A stretch of DNA of 50,785 bases from a virus. Lineage: Duplodnaviria; Caudoviricetes. The stretch is taken from positions 1-50,785 of the IMG/VR virus record IMGVR_UViG_3300031228_000007; one strand, 5' to 3'. The position numbers and the translations under genes are program-made. The notes under the pieces were generated by a model. The model was not told the origin of the DNA. It ran no database searches and was given only the letters and a program-made list of their open reading frames with translations. Of the stretch, positions 30,673-41,649 are shown piece by piece; the stretch's first letter is position 1; every line of letters begins with the position of its first letter.

Positions 30673-33139
30673 TCAGGTCCGGGGCGCGTTCGGGCGCCAC
30701 TTCTCCCGGCCCCCACCAGAAGCCCTGTCCCTGATCTCTCGCCCGGCGCTCCATCATTCGCCAGCTCCGACGATAGCTCGGATCGATCTCCTGCTGGATT
30801 TGGTCCGCAAGCAATCGGTCGATCGCAGCGCGAGCGTACCAGAGATTTTGTCCCGGCACATTCTGACGAAGCGTATTCGCCAAGGTCCAGCCGGCTCGCG
30901 GTCTTGGGTTAACATCGGCGCCGGCCGCGTGGAGAGCGCTCCGCCCTATCCCACTCAGCGCCCCGGCAGTGCGCCCGATGTCGGAAACAAGTGGTCCGGC
31001 GGCGTATTCGTCCCATCCTCCGAACCTGTTCTCGACCGTCATGCCGAGAAGATCTCCGACAATGCCGGAGCCGCCGCCCATGACCATTGCGTAACCCCAG
31101 AAGTTCGGGTCTTCCATCGGGCGAGGATCACGCCCCTTGGCTATTTCCTTGAGCTGCACCGCCATCGCGCCCATCAATGTGACCGGGATGACCAGCGACA
31201 GGAAATAGCCAGCCTTCCCTCCCAAACCGGGCTGGTCGAGCATCCTCCCGCCGTGCCGAATCATCATCGACACCGTGAACGTCTTGAACATCAGCGGCGA
31301 GGAACGGATCAGCTCGCCAATGACCGTGCCCTTCCGGGCCTGAGCATTGATATAGGCTCGCGTCTGTAGGTCCGGAACGGGAACCGCGAAGTCACCTTCG
31401 TTGTGGATCATTTCGAGCAACCGGTCGCCAAGCTCGCGATCGGCGACATTCTGCGGCTTGATCCAGACTACTCCTCCGTCTTTTTCGAGCGGCGTGGCGC
31501 GCACCGCCTCCCACGCCTTCGCGCCGATGCCGTAGCGGTTGAGCGCGGCACGAAAGGCCGGCTCCAGCCTGTCAAAGTCCTTGCCCCGCTCGTTGGTGAG
31601 GTGGGTAAGCCAGACAATACCGTTCGCCATCCTGCCGGCATCGGTCCATGCGTTGAGCCCCGACGTTCGCAAAACTCCGTCCGCGATGCGCCGCGACACT
31701 TCGCCCGTCAGTTCTTCGGCTAGGAACCTGTTCTGCCCCGCGACTGTGGTAGTCCAGGTTTCGGCGACCACCCCCAGCCGGGCCGCTAACCTGCGATCGG
31801 CTTGGCTCGCCGGGTTTATCATCTTGAGATAATCGCGAAGCAGACTAGCCTGAGGGAGCCCATTGAACCGCCGCGTCGTCACGCCGAAGCCGATGTCGCC
31901 AACGGCGGTGAGCGTGGCGCTGCCGAGCTTCGATGCAGCCGCGACCGAACGATAGGCGGAAAAGGCCAAGGCGAGATTGCGGTTCTCGGGCTGCCTCAGA
32001 GCCCCGGAATATTCATCCCACAGCCGCTGAACGACCAAAGCCTCCTGCTGCGCCTTGTCGCGGGTGCGAAGCTGGCGCGGCTCGAACAGCCTTTCATCGC
32101 TGGTGATGGTGTCCTTCAGCCAACGCACTCCCGTTTCCGGGTTCGGTCCCAATATCTCCATCGCGGCGATATTGCGCGACATGCCCTTGATATGGCCCAT
32201 CATCGCGTCATAGGCGGTGCCGCGACCGAACTGCTCGCGCGAGGCTTTCCAGTCGTTGAAGCTCTTGTAATGCAGGAAGCGGTGCTCGCCCATCCGGTTG
32301 GCCATCGCTCGCCGGCCGAACTGCCCCGGCGTCCGGCTCAACGCACCGTCGCTGGCGATGTTGTCGAAAGCACCCCGCATCGCGCGAGTGAACGCCGCAT
32401 CGGTGAAGGGCTGTCCCGTATTGGGATCGATCATCCGCTCGCGCGCGATCCTTGGCCCCTCCGCGGCGAACCACGCATCGAAGCCAGCCTCCGCCACCGC
32501 GCGGCTGTCATGCGCCTGAGGCAGCCCCCACCGTTCCAGCTTGGCGATGCTCGCTCCGGCTGCGTTGGCTCGTTGGCGCAGGGATTCCGAAGCCCGGAAC
32601 CAACCGTCCGTCAGCTCGTCTGCCGCCACACTGCCGGTTTTCTCCCCGAAGGCCGCACGGCCGATCTCATCCATCTGCGCCGGATTGCGGAGCCGCCCCA
32701 GCGCATTTGAGTGGTGGGCGGCCATGATGCCGTCCATTTCGGCAAACGCCCGCGCCTCGATTGCCCGTCGTCGTGCATCGACGCGAGACAGCAGGGTCCG
32801 CGCTGCTCGCGGGTTGACTGGTCCCTTTGGTCCTTCTCCGGGCGGCGGAACGTCGCCACCTCGCCCGCCGCGTCCCCATCCTTCTCCACCGCCGCGAAGC
32901 CAGCCGTCCATCCGGCGCTGCGCGTCGATCTGGCGCAAAGTGTTCAGCCGGCGCTGCCGAGCCTCGAAATCCAGAGCATCGACAGTGCGCGTAGAGGCCA
33001 GAGCTTCCGCCGCGTCTGCTCCCATGTTCCGCCGTAGCTGTTCGGTCAGCTCCTCGAAAAGCCCCGTAGCCTTCGCGGCCTGCTCCTCGTTGATCGCGCC
33101 GGATTCCAGCAGCTCGGGGATGCAACGGTTCAGGCTCAC
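30644..33139 (-). CDS. Internal virion/DNA ejection protein
   Basis: About 830 aa helical protein with C-terminal hydrophobic stretches, last of three large genes after the nozzle; GTG 33139 via GTGA coupling. Confidence 0.75.
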   Translation of the reverse strand: MSLNRCIPELLESGAINEEQAAKATGLFEELTEQLRRNMGADAAEALASTRTVDALDFEARQRRLNTLRQIDAQRRMDGWLRGGGEGWGRGGRGGDVPPPGEGPKGPVNPRAARTLLSRVDARRRAIEARAFAEMDGIMAAHHSNALGRLRNPAQMDEIGRAAFGEKTGSVAADELTDGWFRASESLRQRANAAGASIAKLERWGLPQAHDSRAVAEAGFDAWFAAEGPRIARERMIDPNTGQPFTDAAFTRAMRGAFDNIASDGALSRTPGQFGRRAMANRMGEHRFLHYKSFNDWKASREQFGRGTAYDAMMGHIKGMSRNIAAMEILGPNPETGVRWLKDTITSDERLFEPRQLRTRDKAQQEALVVQRLWDEYSGALRQPENRNLALAFSAYRSVAAASKLGSATLTAVGDIGFGVTTRRFNGLPQASLLRDYLKMINPASQADRRLAARLGVVAETWTTTVAGQNRFLAEELTGEVSRRIADGVLRTSGLNAWTDAGRMANGIVWLTHLTNERGKDFDRLEPAFRAALNRYGIGAKAWEAVRATPLEKDGGVVWIKPQNVADRELGDRLLEMIHNEGDFAVPVPDLQTRAYINAQARKGTVIGELIRSSPLMFKTFTVSMMIRHGGRMLDQPGLGGKAGYFLSLVIPVTLMGAMAVQLKEIAKGRDPRPMEDPNFWGYAMVMGGGSGIVGDLLGMTVENRFGGWDEYAAGPLVSDIGRTAGALSGIGRSALHAAGADVNPRPRAGWTLANTLRQNVPGQNLWYARAAIDRLLADQIQQEIDPSYRRSWRMMERRARDQGQGFWWGPGEVAPERAPDLTNILAGAPE

Positions 33140-36003
33140 AGGCACCCCCTCAGGGCATCGACAGCGGCCCGATCGCCGTCCAGCCGCTCAAGGATCGTGT
33201 CTAGAGATTCCTCGCCGGTTTCTTCGATGATGAAGGTCTTGTTCGCCAGTGCGGGATCGTTGGCGATGTCGGCGGCGAGGTCGTGTTCCAAGCTGTCGAG
33301 TTGTTCGCGGATGCCGTCTCCGCCGGGATCGTCGAAGCGGGCTAGTTCTTCTGAGCCGACTTGAACACTCTCAGCAGCCTCTCCGCCTTCGCGCGCGTCG
33401 GGACGCTGAGCGCCGGGTCGTCCGTCATCCGGGCCAACGTCAAAATCTTCCGGTTCAAATCTGGTATCATCGCCACCCCTATACACTGGGTCGCCGCTTT
33501 CCGCCAGCGCCGTCCTGCTCAAATCGGCATAGACCAAATCGCCCGCCTCATCCCAGGCTTCCGCCAGCGTCCCACGAAAATCGCGAGAGGCAGAGAGCGC
33601 CGCAGCGCGAGCGAGGATTTCATCGTCACGGGCGAGCTTCGTGCCCCATTGCGCTTCGGCCGCATCGTGTATTTCGTCCATCAGCTCCCGAAGTCCCCGA
33701 TCCTGCTCCGCCCGCGCCCGAGCTTCCGCCACAGGCTCGTCGGCCAATGTGTAAAGCGGACGCCCGCGAAGCTCGTTGTCGATCGCCTCGTAGAAGGCGC
33801 TCAAACCCTCAGTCAGTTCCTCTCCGCTGTCGATCTGCGCCTTGATGCGAGGAAAATATCCAGCCTCGATAGCCGCCTCGAAAACCCGATCCGGCGCGAA
33901 GTCCTGTTGCTCGGCGATACCGCGCCTTGCACGTGGCGAGCGGTTGCGAAGGAGCTTGCGCTCCCCCCTCCTCGCGAAGCCCCTTTGCAGCGCCAGCCCC
34001 ATGCTCGTCAGGTCGCCCTCGACATCTTCGATCCCGCCGCGCGCCGCGACGAAATCCAGTAGGGATCGCGGGCGATCTCGTTGCGCCTCCCTCGCCTCCA
34101 ACGCCTCTACCCGGCGTCGAAGCTCGGCATCGACGGCCCCCGGATTCTGTGCCTCGAACCGCTCCATCTCCGGCGTGCGCTCACCTCGCATATATGCATC
34201 GGCAAACGGGGCCGCGTCAGGGTCGGCATCGTTATATTGGCGATAGACGGCGCGCTGTGCTGCGGTCCATTGCTCGTTGCTCTCGAATTGATCCCGCCTC
34301 AGTGTTGGCACCGGTTCGAACCTCGCCAGTTCGGGGCGCGTGGACGGCTGCTCTCCTGCCAGCCCCCGAGAAAGCGCCAGCGCCTCCATCTCGTCCGCCT
34401 CGCCACCATCCCCTTCTGGCCGAGCGGTCGCTTGCGCTTCAGGCACAGCCGCGCCACGCTCGGCTCCGGTTCGACGCCGGAAATTGCGGACGTACTGCTG
34501 CGTCTCCGTTGGCAAATAGGCTTCCCAATTGTCTGGATTCCCGGCCCTCTCGGCTCGCGCTATCGCACCGCGAACGCCGGTTCCCCGCCTCGCGCTTCCC
34601 GGTCCCGCATTGTAGGCCGCCGCCGCCATCGAAGGATCGCCGAACACACGAAGCTGCTCGCGATAATATGCCTGCCCGAGCCGGATATTGTATGCCGCAT
34701 CCGTCCGATAGCGGCGCTCGTCAAACGGGATTCCGGCCAGCCTTGCCGCCTCCGGCGCCGTGCCGGGCATGACCTGAGCCGGGCCTATCGCGCCAGCCGG
34801 GCTGGTCCTGAAGCTGCCGTCGCGATTGGTGCCGCCCTCTATCCCGATGATGGCCGCCCATTGCCGACCGAAGTCCGGCGTCGCGCCGGTCGGCACTCTC
34901 GGCACGATTGGAGCCGACGCCGCACCTGCTGGCGCACGGACGCTGACCGGCGGCGCTCCCGAGACAATCCTGTCGAGCGCAGCGGCAAGAGAGTCGGCGT
35001 GAGCATCATCCCCCACCCTTCCCGGATCGAAAGGAGAGAGCCCGCGGACCTCCGCGTCTCGCTCGATCACGTTGACCGCCGCCCGGATTTCCGGCGTCCA
35101 GTTCTCCGCCGGCACGCTCGCGCGAAGCATATCCACAAGAAGCGTGTCATCGACCGTCGCCGCACCTGCCCAGCGCTGCTGAATGCTCTCCGGCATCGCC
35201 TCGAAAGCCGACGATATGAATCGGTCGTACAATGGCCCGGCAGAACGAGCCCCGGCCCCGACAGCCTCGATGCCTCCCCGGAAAGCCGCGCCGGCCCCGC
35301 CAGCGAACAGTACCGAGCGGGCGCTATCCATGAACGTCATTTCCTCGCCGATCTCGGCGTAATTGGAGGAAATGAAGGGCTGCGACACCGCCTCGATAAT
35401 CATGTTCTCGACCGCCGCGCGCCCGATCGCACCCATCACCGTGCGAGAGGCGCCACCGAACGGCATCGTCCAGAAATTGACTGGATCTTCGAATGCGCCA
35501 GCAACGCCGCCAATGAAGCTGCCGACAGTTCCGGTTACTCCGGCGCCAGCCTGAACGCCCCTGATCCGTGACAGCCTTTCCGACGCGCGCCCGTTGACCT
35601 GACGCACGAACTCCTCCGGCGTGTCGGGAATACCCTGAAGGAAGGCTGGATCGGTCTGCCGCCTTCGTCTGACTTCTTCGAAGATCAGCCGCCGCATCTC
35701 CTCGCTGGCGGGAACCGTCGTATTGTAGGCGAAGGTTTCCCCGCTCGGCAGGTCTTCAGGATTGAGGAAGCGGCGATTATCGCCCCACCGCGCTCCCGCT
35801 GCATCGAGCGCGTCGATGATCGGCCGAAAGGCTTCCTGCCGGTTGCGGGACAGAGAATCGGTGTTGCCGACTATCTGCATCTCCTCGCGTGTGGCGCGGA
35901 AGTTTTCGAGAAAACTGGTCTGGGGGACCGGGCGTTGCCAAGGCTCGATGCCCTGAACGTCCTCCACCGGCTCGGCGAAGTCGATGGGTGGCCGGGTTGC
36001 CAT
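33136..36003 (-). CDS. Internal virion/ejection protein with soluble lytic transglycosylase (SLT) domain
   Basis: IIGIEGG...SPAGAIGPAQVMPGTA...NIRLGQAYY...AAAAYNAGPG...ETQQYV. Confidence 0.85.
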   Translation of the reverse strand: MATRPPIDFAEPVEDVQGIEPWQRPVPQTSFLENFRATREEMQIVGNTDSLSRNRQEAFRPIIDALDAAGARWGDNRRFLNPEDLPSGETFAYNTTVPASEEMRRLIFEEVRRRRQTDPAFLQGIPDTPEEFVRQVNGRASERLSRIRGVQAGAGVTGTVGSFIGGVAGAFEDPVNFWTMPFGGASRTVMGAIGRAAVENMIIEAVSQPFISSNYAEIGEEMTFMDSARSVLFAGGAGAAFRGGIEAVGAGARSAGPLYDRFISSAFEAMPESIQQRWAGAATVDDTLLVDMLRASVPAENWTPEIRAAVNVIERDAEVRGLSPFDPGRVGDDAHADSLAAALDRIVSGAPPVSVRAPAGAASAPIVPRVPTGATPDFGRQWAAIIGIEGGTNRDGSFRTSPAGAIGPAQVMPGTAPEAARLAGIPFDERRYRTDAAYNIRLGQAYYREQLRVFGDPSMAAAAYNAGPGSARRGTGVRGAIARAERAGNPDNWEAYLPTETQQYVRNFRRRTGAERGAAVPEAQATARPEGDGGEADEMEALALSRGLAGEQPSTRPELARFEPVPTLRRDQFESNEQWTAAQRAVYRQYNDADPDAAPFADAYMRGERTPEMERFEAQNPGAVDAELRRRVEALEAREAQRDRPRSLLDFVAARGGIEDVEGDLTSMGLALQRGFARRGERKLLRNRSPRARRGIAEQQDFAPDRVFEAAIEAGYFPRIKAQIDSGEELTEGLSAFYEAIDNELRGRPLYTLADEPVAEARARAEQDRGLRELMDEIHDAAEAQWGTKLARDDEILARAAALSASRDFRGTLAEAWDEAGDLVYADLSRTALAESGDPVYRGGDDTRFEPEDFDVGPDDGRPGAQRPDAREGGEAAESVQVGSEELARFDDPGGDGIREQLDSLEHDLAADIANDPALANKTFIIEETGEESLDTILERLDGDRAAVDALRGCL

Positions 36004-38178
36004 CTACTGCCCCCGCGGCGGCGCTCGCCATACAGGACCGCGTGGAGGATTGGCCGGGCGCTGCGGCAACGCGGGCCGCGCTTGGGTCGTCGGCCTTCTT
36101 TGCTGCTGCTGGCGCTGCTGAGGCGGGGCGCGGAAGGGCTCGATCCGCCGGATATTGAGGCGGAACGGTCGGCCCTCCCGCGTCATCAGCACCCGCCCGC
36201 TCCAATGGAACTCGTACACGCCATCGGACACGGCCATCGGCACGAACTGGCCCCTGATCTCGTCGGTGCTGACCACGCTGCCGTCTGCCGACGCCGGGAT
36301 GCCATTGATTGCCCCGGACGGCCACCGCCCTCCCGTCCGTGCGATCGGCAGATTAGCCATCCGGCGATGGAACTCGTCCTGTGACATACCGGCGGGGAGC
36401 ACCATGCCAGGATATTCTCCATCCGCAGCGCGTGGTCCCCAAGTCCAGCGGCCCATGCCGCCGCCGCTTCCACTTCCGCCAAGAGCGGTGCTAACAGCCG
36501 CCGCGAAGTCGGGGCTGCTGAAGTCCGGTCGCGTCGATTGGCCCGACGCCCGAAGACGCTCGGCATAGATCGCGCGGGCGCTTTCAAGCACCCCGGCGAC
36601 GAAATCCGGCTGAAGCCGTGTCAACGAAGGTCCGATATGAGCCGTGAACCAGGCATGGCTGATCGAGTTGAAGCCGGCCAGCGTTCCGTCATCCCGTTCG
36701 AGCTGCTGCGGCAACAGAGCGCGCGACTCCATGCCCCGCACGATCAGGCCGCGGACATTCGCCGGCATACGGATCGCGTGCTGGAAAGTCGCATCTTCGG
36801 GCGCGATCTCACGCGCCGCGCGAATTGCCGCTTGCGGGTCCAGTTGCCCGATCGCGGCGACGTTGTTGATCGCCTGCATCCGCCCCTGCGCGCCAGACGC
36901 TATCAGCTCCTGGTAGCGGGAAACCTCCTGCGGCGTGAAAAACTGGAACCGTCCGATCTCGCGCTGCGCCGCATAGGAAGCCGTCAGCCGCTCGCGGATC
37001 GACGCCGGCTCGGCGAGATTGACCGGAGCGACATCCCCGCCTCGGCGGGCATGTTCCCCGAGCGCATCGCCCTCCTCGGCCTGCTGGCGCCGTGTCAGGA
37101 TCGACTGAAGATGGTCCCGCGCCACGACATCATCGGGGCTGGCATCCTCGCCACCTTGGGCGATCCTCGCATCCAGTGCGCGAATCGCCGTCGATATTTC
37201 GAGCGCGGTTGCGTTCCGATACTCGCGGTTGACCCTGTGCTGCACTCTGGCCTTAGCAATGTCGTACACGTCAAGCGGAAGCTGCGATGCCGCCGCCCGC
37301 TGCTGCATCGCCTCCAGTTCTTCCTCCGTGATTGTCGGATCACCGTCCCTCAGGCGGCGCTGGAACAGGTCGATCTCGGCGCGGGCGGCGCTTTGGGTCG
37401 CCGCCAGTTCCCGCCGTGCATCTGCTTCACGGACCCTGATCTCGCTGTCGGAATTGTCCAGAAGCCGCGCCGCGTCGTCGGGGTCTATCCACTGATTGAG
37501 CGCCCCACTGCTGATGATCTCGCGGGCAGCGGAGGGATTCTGCTCGATCAGCCCGCCGAGATAGGACTTCACCAGCCCCGCCTGCTGCTCTCGCACCAGC
37601 CGCTCGGCAAGATCGGCGGGGATTCCCTCAGTTACCATGATGGTGGAGCGGGTCACGTCCAGATAGTTTTGCAGCGCCGCCGGGTCCGGGCGGGTCTGAA
37701 GCTGGTTCCTAAGGAGCCTCCCCGTCTCCTCGACATTCGCGACGGCAAGCTCCCTGCGTTGTCCGATCTCCCACACGTCCTCTGAGGCAAAAACGCGAGC
37801 GCGGAGCTGCTCGACATTCGTAGAGAAGCTCTCGCGGACCCTCCGATCACGAATGCTGCTCAGGAACTCACCCGTTCGCTGCTCGACATAGCCGCGGACG
37901 CCGGTAAGGTGCCCGCTTCCTCCCGGCGCCGGATTCGACCGTCTCTGGTTGGCGTCCTGCTCAATCTCACCAGCAAGGCGGGCAAACTCCACGCCGGCCT
38001 GTGCCGCCTGCCGACGCTGGTCAAGCTCGGCGAGCTGTATCGCGGCCTGCTGACCGGCGCGGCCCGTCCCAGCAACAGCCTCTCCCGGAGCTCCGGCGTT
38101 CCGCACCGTCGCCACCTGGCGGCGGGAAACCGGCGTCGGGCGCGGCCCCAAATCCTCTATGGTCGGAAGGCGGGCCAC
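36004..38178 (-). CDS. Internal virion/ejection protein
   Basis: GTG 38178 (TAGTG coupling), 724 aa Ala/Gln/Arg-rich helical; the 5' extension in the ORF track overlaps upstream genes. Confidence 0.75.
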   Translation of the reverse strand: MARLPTIEDLGPRPTPVSRRQVATVRNAGAPGEAVAGTGRAGQQAAIQLAELDQRRQAAQAGVEFARLAGEIEQDANQRRSNPAPGGSGHLTGVRGYVEQRTGEFLSSIRDRRVRESFSTNVEQLRARVFASEDVWEIGQRRELAVANVEETGRLLRNQLQTRPDPAALQNYLDVTRSTIMVTEGIPADLAERLVREQQAGLVKSYLGGLIEQNPSAAREIISSGALNQWIDPDDAARLLDNSDSEIRVREADARRELAATQSAARAEIDLFQRRLRDGDPTITEEELEAMQQRAAASQLPLDVYDIAKARVQHRVNREYRNATALEISTAIRALDARIAQGGEDASPDDVVARDHLQSILTRRQQAEEGDALGEHARRGGDVAPVNLAEPASIRERLTASYAAQREIGRFQFFTPQEVSRYQELIASGAQGRMQAINNVAAIGQLDPQAAIRAAREIAPEDATFQHAIRMPANVRGLIVRGMESRALLPQQLERDDGTLAGFNSISHAWFTAHIGPSLTRLQPDFVAGVLESARAIYAERLRASGQSTRPDFSSPDFAAAVSTALGGSGSGGGMGRWTWGPRAADGEYPGMVLPAGMSQDEFHRRMANLPIARTGGRWPSGAINGIPASADGSVVSTDEIRGQFVPMAVSDGVYEFHWSGRVLMTREGRPFRLNIRRIEPFRAPPQQRQQQQRRPTTQARPALPQRPANPPRGPVWRAPPRGQ

Positions 38179-38630
38179 TACCCGTACCTGCTGTACATGG
38201 TTGAGGCAGCTTGAAGCACCTGGCTCCCGGCGTTGATCAGCCCCGCCCGCTTCGTGTTCTTCGCCTCCCTGCGGCGGGCGCGGGCCTGCATCTCCTTGCT
38301 TCTCGCCGCTTCCTCGCCTTCGTACAGGGCGGTCAAAGCGCGATATTCCCCTTCGCCTTCGAGATTGGCGAGAATGTTGACGACGGTCGGATCGGATGCC
38401 CCGCCTGTGGCGGCCCCTACCGCGAGCGCCCGGGACTGGAGCAGGCGGGCCTGGCGTCTTTGCTCCGCAGCTTCCCTTTGCGACGACGCGCGGTCCTGCC
38501 CGGCCATCTCGATAAGCTGGTCGGACTCGCCCCGGAGCTGCTTCGCCTCGGCGTTGGAACCGAGAATGGTCCCGCCCGCGGATATTGCCGTGGAGGCCGC
38601 CATCAGGGCAATGGGAATCGCTTGCGCCAC
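38178..38630 (-). CDS. Small internal virion protein (T7 gp14-like position)
   Basis: Hydrophobic Ala/Gly N-terminus, Gln/Ala helical body, C-terminal AGLINAGSQVL. Confidence 0.7.
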   Translation of the reverse strand: MAQAIPIALMAASTAISAGGTILGSNAEAKQLRGESDQLIEMAGQDRASSQREAAEQRRQARLLQSRALAVGAATGGASDPTVVNILANLEGEGEYRALTALYEGEEAARSKEMQARARRREAKNTKRAGLINAGSQVLQAASTMYSRYG

Positions 38631-39004
38631 TATTCACCCTCCCCCGGCGTCCAAGCGAATATTTGATCGCCCTCGACCTCGCCCAACGGTTTGAATCCCA
38701 GCCGTCCCAATATCCCGGGCGATGTAGGCTCCTCGGGATCGGCAACGGCCCAGACGGGCACTCTCGACATTCTCACGGCAGCCTGAGCTTTCTTCACCTG
38801 GCGCATGATGACCGGCCGCCCCAGATAGGGTCTCAGCTCGTCCTTGAACGCCGAGAACATGCACGCGGTGGGGCGGAGCAAGGCAATCCCGACGATCCCC
38901 GAAAGCTCGCCGTCCAGTTCAGCAACCCACGCGCGGAACGAAGCGGTGATCTCGGGATAGAAAACTTTCACATCCTCCGCCGTCGCCGGCCGCGCGGTGA
39001 GCAT
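38630..39004 (-). CDS. GNAT-like virion assembly protein (T7 gp13-like position)
   Basis: MLTARPATAED ... ILGRLGFK; directly after the nozzle gene. Confidence 0.65.
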   Translation of the reverse strand: MLTARPATAEDVKVFYPEITASFRAWVAELDGELSGIVGIALLRPTACMFSAFKDELRPYLGRPVIMRQVKKAQAAVRMSRVPVWAVADPEEPTSPGILGRLGFKPLGEVEGDQIFAWTPGEGE

Positions 39005-41649
39005 CACTGGTTCGTTTCGAGATCGATGATGCACGCCAGCAGGGTTACGGGCTTTGGCGCGGTGGCCCTCAGACAGAGCCGCGCGTCAGTATCCCACTCG
39101 CCCGGGAAGCCCGTCAGCCCTTCGTCATAGACGGAGCGAACCGTGTCCTGATCCACATCGGCATAATCTTCGGTCAGCGGCAGATTATCCATCGTCGTGA
39201 AGTCCGGCCCGAACTCCAACCCCTGCGGGTGAAGGTTCCTCGCGATCACACCCAGCCGATGAATCCGCTTCTTCATGCACAGAGCCGTCCCGCCCTCGAC
39301 GCCATAGGCCAGCTTCGTGCTCTTGTACGTCGCGGTATAAACCAGCCCGGCAACCCATGAAGTCGGCGTCGGCGTGACTGTGACCGCGCCGCTCGCAACG
39401 GTGAACGTCCCCTGGTCCTCTCCGTCGGCCCAGACGGCGACTGTCGCGCCCTCCAGATGAGTGAGCCCGGAAACCGCCCCCGAGCCGGTGATGAAGCTGT
39501 CGACCTGCTTGTTCAGCGCACCCCCGGCGCACTCACTCTCCTTGGCCCAGCGTTCGTGATAGCGGACAGTGGCCCCGTCGATCGTCCGCTTGACGGTGTA
39601 CGTCACCTTGTCCTCAACATCGCCGGGCTCGACCACGACATCCTCAACGTCGCCGTCCGTCTCAACGTCGATCCAGCACCGGACATCCTCCGCCCGATCG
39701 AGAATCATTATTCCTACCGTCCCGTCCGACCGGACACAGTGGATGCGGGTTTCCGGCTGCCTCTGAACCGCAATCCGGCTGATCGACGGTTCGCCGATCT
39801 CGGGAACATGAACGCTCAAATCGGCGGCGGCATAATCGAAGGTCGCGCCGTCATAGACGACTTCGAACAACCTGACCCCGCCTTGCTGCACATAGACCGC
39901 GCTGGTGTCGATCTTCGCCGCGGCGATGTTCGCTGAGCCCTGGGTCGAAACGTCCTTCGGGTTGAAGTTGGTCGGCGTGATCGGCTCGTCCAGTGATGAG
40001 GACCGAACCGCGGCAATCGCTCCTGCGGCACCTCTCAACAACCGGCTCCCCGAGAGAAGCCAGTAGATTTTGTCCACCGGGCCGGACCCTATCGAACGCG
40101 AGATCGGTCCTGCATCGCCCTCGAACTCGTCATCAAAGCTGTCATAGGCATCCGAGATCGAGCCCCACATATGGTCCCTGCCGGCCCACCACAGTCTGCC
40201 ACCGTCCAGCGCGACCGAGGTCGGGAAGCCCCTGCGTTCGGTCCAGTAGCTTTCCGACCAGTCCGACGATGCGGTGACGGCCCCGAAATCCTCCAGCACC
40301 TGAGCCGAAACAACGGCCGAGCTGGTGAAGCCCGTTACCCTCGCGATCCCCGTCTGGCTTCCCGACGAAACCGAAAGCGAGACGTTCGCGGTCCCCGAGC
40401 CGTAATCCCCCGCCTTGAAGCCGATCCGGTAATAGATGATCTGGTTGTCGAGCGTGTCGTCATAGGAAATCGCGAGGTTGGACGTGAACGTCCCCAACGG
40501 AGCATCGACCCAATCCCCCGGCTCGCTCACCGAATATTGCAGCGTCAGCGTGCCGGTCCACGTCCCCGTGGCGATGATCGCGAAAGCCCGGGTGCCGTCC
40601 AGCCCGACGATTCGGATCGGATCGCAGAACTGGTCCTCTCCGTTGAGGGATGCATCCTTGAGCTGCCCGGTATGGACCAGCTTGAGCAGAGCCCCAATTT
40701 GCGTCGATTTGAACATCGCCTGAGAGGAGGTGATGGTCGTGTCCCCGCTTGTCGCGGTGGGGGTAAGCGTGATCGGCCCGACATTCTGGACCATGAAGGG
40801 TCCGTCGTTCGACTTGTACTCGACCACCGACCATGAATCTGTGTCTCGGCGCTCGATCCTCCTTTGACGGTAGCCATCGCAGGCGACGAAGATCACGTCC
40901 CCGGATTGATCCCAGCGCAAGTCCGAAAGATCGGCGGCAGCCCACGGGGCTGAAAGCTCCATTGTCCCGGAAGAGGCTACCGAGATGCTGTCGACCAGCG
41001 AGGCATATTCGTTATAGCTGAACAGGTCGACGAAGAAGTTTCCGGTCGGCGTGAAGGCCAGCGAGTGGAACCCGGTCTCCAGAGACGTTTCCGAGATATA
41101 GTCGTCCGCCCCAGCCGACGATCCGACCCGCAACAGGACCGGCCCGCGGTTGATATTGATGTCCAGAGCATGGCGGATATTCTGGTCTCCGCCCGACACC
41201 GTGACTTCCTGCCGGCGCTTGGCCGCCGCGGTTCCGTCTCCGATCAGCGACAGATACCCACCCGTCGCCCATGCGGAGACTGCCGTTCCCGCGTCCTGAT
41301 CGGTCCAGCTCGCCACGTCGCTGGTGAACGCCCCGTTCGTCACAGCCGAAGAAACCGAAGCCCTCGTGACAAGAGCGTCATCGACCCAGACCCGCATCGC
41401 CGCATCGGTCAGCTCGATCCTCGCCGTGTCGTCGCGAGCGAAGATGAAGGGTATCGAGACTGAAGCCGAATTGTCTTTCGTCGCCCCGGTATATTGGAGC
41501 CCGGGGCGGAGCATCATCGACCCCAACGCCCGCGGCATCCAGTTGGTCTGTATCTCCGCCGAAAGCTGGGTCCTGGTGAAATCGGTTCGCGCCAGCGCCA
41601 GTGGAGAAATGCGTCCGCGGTTGAACGCAATCAGAGGGACCGCCGTCAT
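39004..41649 (-). CDS. Tail nozzle (tail tubular protein B)
   Basis: FNRGRISP..LARTD, RPGLQY, QSGDVIFV, GFPTSVALDGGRLWWAG, WGS; 881 aa beta-propeller-type. Confidence 0.87.
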   Translation of the reverse strand: MTAVPLIAFNRGRISPLALARTDFTRTQLSAEIQTNWMPRALGSMMLRPGLQYTGATKDNSASVSIPFIFARDDTARIELTDAAMRVWVDDALVTRASVSSAVTNGAFTSDVASWTDQDAGTAVSAWATGGYLSLIGDGTAAAKRRQEVTVSGGDQNIRHALDININRGPVLLRVGSSAGADDYISETSLETGFHSLAFTPTGNFFVDLFSYNEYASLVDSISVASSGTMELSAPWAAADLSDLRWDQSGDVIFVACDGYRQRRIERRDTDSWSVVEYKSNDGPFMVQNVGPITLTPTATSGDTTITSSQAMFKSTQIGALLKLVHTGQLKDASLNGEDQFCDPIRIVGLDGTRAFAIIATGTWTGTLTLQYSVSEPGDWVDAPLGTFTSNLAISYDDTLDNQIIYYRIGFKAGDYGSGTANVSLSVSSGSQTGIARVTGFTSSAVVSAQVLEDFGAVTASSDWSESYWTERRGFPTSVALDGGRLWWAGRDHMWGSISDAYDSFDDEFEGDAGPISRSIGSGPVDKIYWLLSGSRLLRGAAGAIAAVRSSSLDEPITPTNFNPKDVSTQGSANIAAAKIDTSAVYVQQGGVRLFEVVYDGATFDYAAADLSVHVPEIGEPSISRIAVQRQPETRIHCVRSDGTVGIMILDRAEDVRCWIDVETDGDVEDVVVEPGDVEDKVTYTVKRTIDGATVRYHERWAKESECAGGALNKQVDSFITGSGAVSGLTHLEGATVAVWADGEDQGTFTVASGAVTVTPTPTSWVAGLVYTATYKSTKLAYGVEGGTALCMKKRIHRLGVIARNLHPQGLEFGPDFTTMDNLPLTEDYADVDQDTVRSVYDEGLTGFPGEWDTDARLCLRATAPKPVTLLACIIDLETNQ

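Noticed and set aside
38179-38745. 5' extension of the 913-aa ORF 36004-38745
   Set aside because: Overlaps two real genes; the true start is GTG 38178 via TAGTG coupling.
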